Shown: positions 1-7,206 of the stretch, piece by piece
Layout: every line of letters starts with the position of its first letter
Numbering within the stretch: the first letter of the stretch is position 1
Assembly: GCA_043819555.1 (NCBI GenBank)
Contig: JBDREQ010000024.1
Coordinates: 1-54,288, forward strand
Reading direction: 5' to 3'
Length of the DNA stretch: 54,288 nt
Source: Candidatus Zixiibacteriota bacterium
Lineage (GTDB): Bacteria > Zixibacteria > MSB-5A5 > GN15 > JAAZOE01
Notes under the pieces: generated by a model
The model's database searches: none
What the model was told of the DNA's origin: nothing
Seen by the model: only the letters and a program-made list of their open reading frames with translations
Position numbers and translations under genes: made by a program

Positions 1-1713
1 TTCGCCGTTGGCGATGGTACGCGAACAGTACATGTCAGGGTAATGGATCGGGCTGGAAATGAAGCCAATGGTTCCGCCAGTATAATTCTCGACCGTGAGA
101 AACCAACTGGTGTTCTGGAAATTGTAGGTGATCCCGCTTGCGGCGCGGCCGCCGGATATACCTGCTCACAGACCAATAATATTCTTAATGTCACCGGTAT
201 TTCCGCTGACGCGGTACAGGTTAGATATCGCAACTGCGCTCCTTCCATGCAGACAGCATGGATGACCATAACTCCCACAAGTGATTCCTATAGCCCCTGG
301 ACATTGCATAATGCGGTTAATGGAACCAAGTGTGTGGAGATGCAACTGAAAGACGATGCCGGTAATGTATCGGCATGGATTTCAGATGATGTTATCCTTG
401 ACACTTCGCCACCGCTCTGGTCGTCAATGGGAGGCCCGACATTCACCGCGGTTCCGACCGAAGCTAACGGCAGCAAGAATGGCTGGCCGGCGAGTGTTGA
501 TCTGGAATGGTCGGCGCATACGAATGCTCAGATGTATGGAATAAACTGGCAGCGGACGAACGATTACCCGCAATATAATGACGTTCTTCCGACCTATCCG
601 CCAACCATTATTTCCGACTTTATGGGCGCTCATGACATTACCGGATTAGAGCACACTTTTGTTGCCACAGATATGCTTCCGGATATCTATTACTTCAGCC
701 TCTTCGTCAGAGACATGGCTGGAAACTGGAGTACTGATTATCTGACAGTCAAAGGTCAAAACTACTTTGGCGCTGACTTCAACACTGATGGTGAAATTGA
801 ATTTTCAGAATTCGTCACCATGGCCAATGCTTTCTATGCTCTTGAGGCCAAGACAGGTGTCTGGAATGATACTACCGATATCGGTCCGACATCGACCGGT
901 GATTACCTGGGTTATACTACGGTTGACGGTAAGATCGATTTTGATGACTTCCTGATCTTCCTCTTTACATTCGATGCTATGGCTGCCGACAAGAGAATCG
1001 GTGGCCAGCCAGTGCTGAAACCAACTGTTGGAGATGTCACCGTTTCGGCTGAAATTCCTCAGGAATTCAAAGCCGGTGATGATGTCTATGCCGTGATTCG
1101 CGTCACCGAACCCGCATCGGTCAAGGCTCTCAGCCTGACAATGACCTATGATACGGATTTATTGGAAGCGATCTCTATTGAATCCGGTGAGATGTTTAAT
1201 AACGACCGGGCAGTTTTGATTAACCAGATTAATGGTTCCACATTTAATATTGATGGCGCCATATTTGGTCGGGATAACCATTTTGAATCATCCGAAATCG
1301 CGGTTGTCAAATTCCGCGCCAAGCAGGATGGCAGCTTCGAATTCTCAGATCCCGCAATGGATTTGAGAGACTTCGATAATAATCACATCGACGTTGCCTT
1401 TAGCTCGGTTTACTCTTCGGGTGCGTTACCTGAAGTATTCTCGATATCTCAAAACTATCCTAACCCGTTTAACCCAACAACCAGTATTGATTTGGCTCTT
1501 GCTAATTCCACCGAATGGCGAGTTGAAATATTCAATATTGTTGGGCAATCGGTTATGACTTTCTCTGGTAATGACGGTCCCGGCGTGGTTAACATAACCT
1601 GGGATGGCTGCGACCATAATGGTGAAAAGGTTGCTTCCGGTGTTTACTTCTATCGGGCCATCGCGAATAACGACGCTTTTGTCAAGACACAGAAAATGGT
1701 TTTGATGAAGTAA
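1..1713 (+). CDS. 5'-truncated large secreted protein: Ig-like repeats, dockerin-like duplicated Ca-binding motif, cohesin-like domain, FlgD-Ig/T9SS type A-like C-terminal sorting domain
   Basis: Frame is open from base 1 (FAVGDGTRTVHVRVMDRAGN), so the start lies outside the window. Ig-end motifs DxAGN occur three times. Paired motifs ADFNTDGEIEFSEF / DGKIDFDDF. Cohesin-like segment 'KAGDDVYAVIRV..VKALSLTMTYDTDLL..IAVVKFRAK'. C-terminus QNYPNPFNPTTSI...WDG...SGVYFYR...KMVLMK. Confidence 0.85.
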   Translation, partial: FAVGDGTRTVHVRVMDRAGNEANGSASIILDREKPTGVLEIVGDPACGAAAGYTCSQTNNILNVTGISADAVQVRYRNCAPSMQTAWMTITPTSDSYSPWTLHNAVNGTKCVEMQLKDDAGNVSAWISDDVILDTSPPLWSSMGGPTFTAVPTEANGSKNGWPASVDLEWSAHTNAQMYGINWQRTNDYPQYNDVLPTYPPTIISDFMGAHDITGLEHTFVATDMLPDIYYFSLFVRDMAGNWSTDYLTVKGQNYFGADFNTDGEIEFSEFVTMANAFYALEAKTGVWNDTTDIGPTSTGDYLGYTTVDGKIDFDDFLIFLFTFDAMAADKRIGGQPVLKPTVGDVTVSAEIPQEFKAGDDVYAVIRVTEPASVKALSLTMTYDTDLLEAISIESGEMFNNDRAVLINQINGSTFNIDGAIFGRDNHFESSEIAVVKFRAKQDGSFEFSDPAMDLRDFDNNHIDVAFSSVYSSGALPEVFSISQNYPNPFNPTTSIDLALANSTEWRVEIFNIVGQSVMTFSGNDGPGVVNITWDGCDHNGEKVASGVYFYRAIANNDAFVKTQKMVLMK

Positions 1714-1756
1714 GTAATTCACATAATTGATCAAAGCCTTGATGAGGGGTTTTGAA

Positions 1757-1802
1757 GCGGGTGAAGCGGTACGGCACAGAAAAAGCCGTACCGCTTCGCC
1801 GC
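1757..1802 (+). other. Strong intergenic stem-loop without U-tract
   Basis: GAAGCGGTACGGC (1763-1775) is the exact reverse complement of GCCGTACCGCTTC (1785-1797); 9-nt loop; no poly-T follows on the + strand. Confidence 0.7.
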
Positions 1803-1850
1803 AAAATTGGGAAAGAATTGACTACTTTTTTGGTTTCTGGAGGAAAGACA

Positions 1851-4205
1851 ATGTTAACAAAGAAATTTCTGATTATTGTCCCAATTGTTCTTTTACTGGG
1901 GACAATTATGTGGGCGAGCGGGGATGTTGCGGCTCAATCATTATATCTGGCGCCCGATTCAGTCAAAATCTCAAGCGGTCAGTCAGAAACATTTGATATC
2001 GAACTTTGGGCCGATGATGCGGTATCAGGAATGAACCTTTATACCGTATATATAAATTTCAATAAAGAACTCGTAGAGTTATCTTATCTGGCCGATACAA
2101 CCTTTTGGATTTGCTCGGTTTTTGATGTCGATACTACCTGCCTTGACTCATTTTGCACCGATTGGATATATGATTCAATACCCACCGATTCACTCTGCTT
2201 ATCGTATTCAGAAGATTCAACTTGCGTTGATTCTTTGTATTTCGAGTGGTTGGTCGATTCATTATGCATTGATTCAATTTTTATAACTGAAATCTATGAC
2301 TCTACCTGTATGGATTCAGTTTTTCTTGAATGGTGGGTTGATTCTACGGCCATTGACTCGGCCTGTATTGAATGGCGAATAATTGATTATACCTGTATCG
2401 ATTCCATGTTCGTGGAATGGCAGATTGATTCTTCGGCGATAGATTCTCTTTTCATAGAATGGAATGTTGATTCGACTGGTATTGATTCAGCCTGTACGGA
2501 ATGGCAAGTTGATACATCCTGCATCGGAACCTGGACATGTATAGAATGGGATGGGGAGACATGTATAGACTCAGTCTGTTCAGAAGAACAGATTGATTCG
2601 ACATGTATCGGATTATGGGAATATACCGCCTGGGATTTGGATTCCACTTACATAAATGACTGGGTGATCATCGAATGGTTTGTGGATTCCATTTATGTTA
2701 ACGATTGGATATGCCTGGCATGGGATCCTGTTCAGGAATGTGTCGCCTGGGAAGCCTCAGCCTGGGATCTCGATTCAACTTTATATAATGATTGGCATTG
2801 TACCGTTTGGGATGTCGATACCACAGCCATTGATGCGTGGGAATGTACGGAGTATCAGGTAGACTCGACCTATTTTGACGGCTGGATTTGCCAGGCCTGG
2901 GATCCGGTGCATATCTATACTTGCCTGGAATGGCAATACACGGTCTGGAATGTTGATACGATATGCGCTGGGGGTTATGAATGCACCTCTGCGGCCTACG
3001 ATTCTACCTGTGTTGGTGATTCGATAGAATCAGATCCTTATGCATATAATTTGTTGAATGTTGATACGATTCAATATCCTGTAAATGAGGGACCATTAAT
3101 GCACCCGCCGAATGCCGTTACGGTTCCTTTTTATTCTCGGTTTAATGATGATACGACAAAGCTTCTTATCGAATCATTGATATTCTGGGAGCGTATCGCG
3201 GTCGACGGTCCGGGTCTTTTGGCAACTATCCATTTGAGAAGTATTGGCAATGGCATTCATCATATGACTATTGACTCGATTTATGTTTCTGATATTGATG
3301 GCGTTCAATTGCCGGTATCGGGAGAAGGGGATGTATTGCTTCTCAATGCCCCGCCTCAGGAATTTGACCTAATTGGGCCGATTAACCTGTTTGAATTGGA
3401 ATTCGAATTAGGAGATTCAATTAGTTTTTCGTGGGCCGAAGCGGTTTCGTATTATGAAATGGATCTGATTACATACGAGCTTCAAATTTCGGATACTCCT
3501 GATTTTACTCCCGGTCCGGATACAAAGGTTTTTTCCGGAATTATGGGCACCTCAATAAAACTCGACGCGACGTCGGATTTGGGTGTGGGGCAATTGTATT
3601 GGAGAGTAAAGGCGATAAGCAGCTTTGGCGCGGGACGATTTTCAACTCAAACCGACTGGTCGATTATATTAAGCAGCCTAATGCTCCCTCCCGGTGAATT
3701 CGATTTAGTAATTCCCGATAATGACAATTATATAAACACTATTGATGATGAGGATGAAGAGTTTAACTGGACCAAACCCGCCTCAAGTATTCCCGATGAT
3801 ACACTCATTTACTTATTACATATTTGGCCGGAGGAAGTCGATCCTGGGGTCCAGGAAATAATTCTCGATAATCTGGATACAAACTACGCCGCGATTCCAT
3901 TGACTAATTTTGACCTCTATGCAGCCTACAACTGGAGAACCAAATGCACTAATCGCGTGGGATTATCAACCTGGTCCAATCAAACCTTCCGGATGAATTT
4001 CTACCTGAGAGGCGACGCCAATGGAGACGGCCATGTAAATGTTGGTGATGCTGTTTTTATAATTAATAATGTTTTTAAAGGCGGGCCAGCGCCGGCCCGA
4101 ACTCAATATGGAGACGCAAACTGCGATGGGCAGCTCAATGTGGGGGACGCCGTCTATTTAATAAATCATGTGTTTAAGGGAGGCCCGGCGCCTTGCTCGA
4201 GTTAA
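1851..4205 (+). CDS. Secreted protein: cohesin-like domain split by a Cys/Trp/Asp-Ser repeat insert, two Fn3/Ig-like domains, C-terminal type I dockerin
   Basis: ATG 1851 follows GGAGG (1839-1843). Signal peptide MLTKKFLIIVPIVLLLGTIMWASG. 14-15-aa repeats at ~2091-3020. Two 'PPxEFDL..FxW..Y.L.I..Y.WR.K' domains. C-terminal duplicated GDANxDGxxNVGDAVxxINxVFKGGPAP. Confidence 0.85.
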   Translation: MLTKKFLIIVPIVLLLGTIMWASGDVAAQSLYLAPDSVKISSGQSETFDIELWADDAVSGMNLYTVYINFNKELVELSYLADTTFWICSVFDVDTTCLDSFCTDWIYDSIPTDSLCLSYSEDSTCVDSLYFEWLVDSLCIDSIFITEIYDSTCMDSVFLEWWVDSTAIDSACIEWRIIDYTCIDSMFVEWQIDSSAIDSLFIEWNVDSTGIDSACTEWQVDTSCIGTWTCIEWDGETCIDSVCSEEQIDSTCIGLWEYTAWDLDSTYINDWVIIEWFVDSIYVNDWICLAWDPVQECVAWEASAWDLDSTLYNDWHCTVWDVDTTAIDAWECTEYQVDSTYFDGWICQAWDPVHIYTCLEWQYTVWNVDTICAGGYECTSAAYDSTCVGDSIESDPYAYNLLNVDTIQYPVNEGPLMHPPNAVTVPFYSRFNDDTTKLLIESLIFWERIAVDGPGLLATIHLRSIGNGIHHMTIDSIYVSDIDGVQLPVSGEGDVLLLNAPPQEFDLIGPINLFELEFELGDSISFSWAEAVSYYEMDLITYELQISDTPDFTPGPDTKVFSGIMGTSIKLDATSDLGVGQLYWRVKAISSFGAGRFSTQTDWSIILSSLMLPPGEFDLVIPDNDNYINTIDDEDEEFNWTKPASSIPDDTLIYLLHIWPEEVDPGVQEIILDNLDTNYAAIPLTNFDLYAAYNWRTKCTNRVGLSTWSNQTFRMNFYLRGDANGDGHVNVGDAVFIINNVFKGGPAPARTQYGDANCDGQLNVGDAVYLINHVFKGGPAPCSS
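2091..3020 (+). repeat. Degenerate 42-45-nt (14-15 aa) coding tandem repeat, about 22 units in two mirrored halves
   Basis: First-half units resemble DSTCIDSxxxEWxV (14 aa); second-half units resemble DSTYxNDWxCxxWDV (15 aa); the halves are joined by CIEWDGETC. Confidence 0.85.
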
Positions 4206-4276
4206 CACTTTGCAAAATTAGGGATTAACGTCCCTAACCCGCCCCTCGCAATTCCTGGTTTTGTCTTTCCCCAGGA

Positions 4277-4326
4277 AAGCCCCTTTCGGCACCGAATCAC
4301 CATTCGGTGCCAGAGGGGCCTTTTTA
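4277..4326 (+). terminator. Rho-independent terminator of the cohesin/dockerin gene pair
   Basis: GCCCCT-ttc-GGCACCGAAT-cacc-ATTCGGTGCC-ag-AGGGGC followed by a T-run. Confidence 0.8.
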
Positions 4327-4474
4327 AAATATCGGGCATTTTTCCATCAAAATTAGTCGGTTTGGCAATAAACTTTGTAATTTAATCTGCCGAATTTATA
4401 ATATAAGGATTATTGGAAAACCGCCAAAGCGTTGTAAAATAAAGGTTCTATATATTTATGCGCTAATAAGAACC

Positions 4475-4503
4475 TTGACAGAATCGAGTTTCGATGTTAA
4501 AAT
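4475..4503 (+). promoter_or_regulatory. Near-consensus sigma70 promoter with extended -10
   Basis: TTGACA-17 nt-TAAAAT, with TG one base upstream of the -10 box. Confidence 0.7.
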
Positions 4504-4570
4504 GGCAATACGATCCTGAAAATTTGACGGCATGCATGGGGTTTCAATACTTCCTAATGACGTTCCCAGG

Positions 4571-4714
4571 TTAGGTGAGAGACCTCCGCATGCCTTTAAT
4601 AAAGTATGGATAAGTATATTCAATCGTCAAAAGCTCGACAACATTCCTAAAATCATCAAATTCCATTAAAAAAACATCCGGATCAAAATAATGACAGATA
4701 TTGATAATGTTCAT
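4571..4714 (-). CDS. Candidate 47-aa small protein (absent from the ORF track)
   Basis: Manual translation MNIINICHYFDPDVFLMEFDDFRNVVELLTIEYTYPYFIKGMRRSLT*; GAGGA lies 12 nt upstream of the ATG; it fills an otherwise empty intergenic gap. Confidence 0.4.
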   Translation of the reverse strand: MNIINICHYFDPDVFLMEFDDFRNVVELLTIEYTYPYFIKGMRRSLT

Positions 4715-4799
4715 TTTATGGCCCCGTCCTCGATTATGCGCTCTACCTGAAAAATTACGGTCGCCGAAATCAAAACATGATTATTCCAATTTTATGTTC

Positions 4800-4813
4800 T
4801 TGATTTAAGTCAA
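4800..4813. promoter_or_regulatory. FNR/Crp-family-like box upstream of the porin-cytochrome genes
   Basis: TTGAT-TTAA-GTCAA versus consensus TTGAT-N4-ATCAA (1 mismatch). Confidence 0.4.
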
Positions 4814-4909
4814 TTACAGAAATTGAAGTTTTTTGTTGATTGGAGACAAATATAGTATTCATTATCAAAGATATGAAACAGAAAATTGAAGCGAATAGAG
4901 CTACGATTT

Positions 4910-6125
4910 ATGAATAGAGTTTTACCCATATTCAAGTTTTTAATATTGATATTTATATCCTTTTTTCCTTCCTCAATCGATTGCCGCGATGGAATTCAAT
5001 GGCAGTTTTTCAGCGGATTTATATAATTGGGAGTCAGGCGATCAGGAGCATTTGCAATCTTATTTTTCACTTAAATCGAATCTTACGGCTTGGAAATCCG
5101 GACTAACAAAAAGTGTTTCACTTCATTCCTATTTCCGCTGGAGAACGGATTTGGCAGATAAATCCGAAAATGATCCACAGATATTCGTATATGATACATA
5201 CATGAGGCTAAAAAGTATAGCTCCTCATACGACGATGTATATTGGACGCCAGTTTGTATATTCGTCGGCGGGCAGTCTTCATTTAGATGGCGTTCGAGGC
5301 TCTATTTCATTTCAAAAACTTGATCTTGAATTCTTCGGCGGCAGCTCCGTTAGCCGTATTAATCCTGAAAAGATTCGTTCGTTTTCCGATTTTTCTGCGT
5401 TCGGCGGCCGTTTGTACTATCAGCCTCGGTTGACTACACGGCTGGGGATAGGGTGGATTTTGCGTGAAACCGATAATCAAGTTGACTATCATCGATTAGG
5501 TTTTGATATCACTCACGCAATTCGGAACCTGGCGATACTTTCACGCGCCTCCATGAATCCGGCAACTCTGCAATTAAGCGAGGTTTTGTTGCGAGCGCGG
5601 ATTAATTTATCACAATGGTATTTTTCCGGAGAATATACGACAAGAGAACCAAGCGTCTCTTATAATTCAATATTTTCATTGATAGATTTAAATCGATACC
5701 GGGAAATTAGATTTGAAGCCGTCCGAAAGCTCACGTCGATTATTACGGCTTATGGTACTATCCGGACTGACATAAATCCCATTGAAAGTTCATGGACCGG
5801 TCAATTGGGGATACGCACGCGTTTTGCATCCGTTTCGTGGGTTCATCAAAACGGATATGGCGGCGATTCTGAAGGGATTCGCGGAAATGCCCTGCTTACT
5901 TATGGAAAAAGCTGGTCTTTTTATGGAATTATTAATCTAAGCCGGTATCGAGTACAGCAAGAGCAAATTGATAAAAGCGATTCCTATTCAACAATGGTGG
6001 GTTTCAGAAAGAGTTTTCAAAACAATATTATGGTCGGTATGGAGTGGCAGTATTTGCGAAACGCAATTCAATCTTATGATTCGAGATTTCGCTTGAGAAT
6101 TTCCAAAGGATTTTCAAATAAATAA
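4910..6125 (+). CDS. Outer-membrane beta-barrel, putative porin of a porin-cytochrome complex; signal peptide separated by an apparent +1 frameshift
   Basis: ORF 4989-6125 shows alternating amphipathic beta-strands, a GRQF motif and a terminal strand RLRISKGF. A signal-peptide-like frame from ATG 4910 joins it if one base (e.g. a T of T6 at 4961-4966) is removed. Confidence 0.7.
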
Positions 6126-6136
6126 GTGTGGGTAAG

Positions 6137-7201
6137 ATGCCAATTAGAAATTTACAAGTATTTTTCCTTTTTCTCCTGAGTTTTGGGGTCATTTATGTCT
6201 TTGCCAAACCGTCCCCTTATGAATTGACTGTTTCCGAGAGCGACATTCAATTTTCTCATAAATTACATGTTGGTGAAAACGAAATCGAATGCGATGCATG
6301 CCATACTGCAATAAACACCAGTGAATTATCAGCCGATAAAAACTTTCCGGCCATGGATGATTGCGGTCAATGCCATGATATCGAAGGAGAGGACAACTGC
6401 GGCCAATGCCACAAAAATGCTGATGATCCCGGTGCTCTTGCAAATCCCGATCGCGAATTGGTATTTAATCACAAAAACCACCTGGATTTGGATATTGATT
6501 GCCGCCGCTGCCACATCAATATCGAATACAGTCCGCGTTCAAGACCGGAAAATATGCCGAAAATGAGTTTGTGCTTCGATTGTCATGACGGCTCGAAAGC
6601 CGAAAGAGAATGCGATTTGTGTCACAGCGACGCCCAGATACTTTCACAAATACATCCCGAACAATGGCTCCATGAACATGGCAATCGTGCCGCTTCGGAA
6701 CCAGATTGGTGCAATGACTGTCACGGGGGCCAGCATTTTTGTCTCGAATGCCATCGCGGAGATAATCTATCAGGTGAAATACATGATTTGAATTATTTTT
6801 TCACGCATGGACTCGACGCCAAAAGTAATGAAGAAGATTGTCGCCGCTGTCATGATAATAAATTGTTTTGCGTTGAATGCCATGAGAAAAACCAGCGAAT
6901 GCCGCTTCGGCATTCAACCCTGGCATGGCTGGATGAACATGGACGTTTTGCCCGCGAGGATGTGGAAAACTGCGCTGCCTGCCATGAATCAGATGATCCG
7001 ACTTGTGCCCGTGGGGGATGTCATAGTGATTTTGACGGGCTCCGGGGAACCGATACGCGGATTCATAATGCCGATGCGCCCCGATTCAATTTCGGGGGGA
7101 ACTGGCATGGAGATGAAAGCTATTTTTGCTATCAATGCCACATATCCACCGGCGTTCCGGGCAACGGCTTCTGTGGCTATTGCCATGGCGGTAAAGAATA
7201 G
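6137..7201 (+). CDS. Periplasmic multiheme c-type cytochrome (13 CxxCH + 1 CxxxxCH)
   Basis: Sec signal ending VFA; FSHKLH and FNHKNH c3/c7-type His motifs; manual heme-motif count. Start is ATG 6137 or GTG 6128. Confidence 0.92.
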   Translation: MPIRNLQVFFLFLLSFGVIYVFAKPSPYELTVSESDIQFSHKLHVGENEIECDACHTAINTSELSADKNFPAMDDCGQCHDIEGEDNCGQCHKNADDPGALANPDRELVFNHKNHLDLDIDCRRCHINIEYSPRSRPENMPKMSLCFDCHDGSKAERECDLCHSDAQILSQIHPEQWLHEHGNRAASEPDWCNDCHGGQHFCLECHRGDNLSGEIHDLNYFFTHGLDAKSNEEDCRRCHDNKLFCVECHEKNQRMPLRHSTLAWLDEHGRFAREDVENCAACHESDDPTCARGGCHSDFDGLRGTDTRIHNADAPRFNFGGNWHGDESYFCYQCHISTGVPGNGFCGYCHGGKE

Positions 7202-7206
7202 ATGAT

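Noticed and set aside
1727..1996. 89-aa ORF, and the TTG 1752 start for the repeat protein
   Set aside because: The ORF overlaps the hairpin and the real gene; ATG 1851 has GGAGG and gives a clean signal peptide.
2091..3020. CRISPR array, DGR or heme-binding repeat as explanation of the periodic GATTC pattern
   Set aside because: The repeats are degenerate, in-frame and conserved at protein level. There are no identical DNA repeats with spacers, no reverse transcriptase and no CxxCH motifs.
4529..4594. Fluoride or c-di-GMP riboswitch, SRP RNA, 6S RNA or tRNA
   Set aside because: CTAATGAC resembles part of the fluoride motif, but the P1 and pseudoknot pairing is absent. No SRP loop motif or cloverleaf is present. 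Kept only as an unassigned structure.
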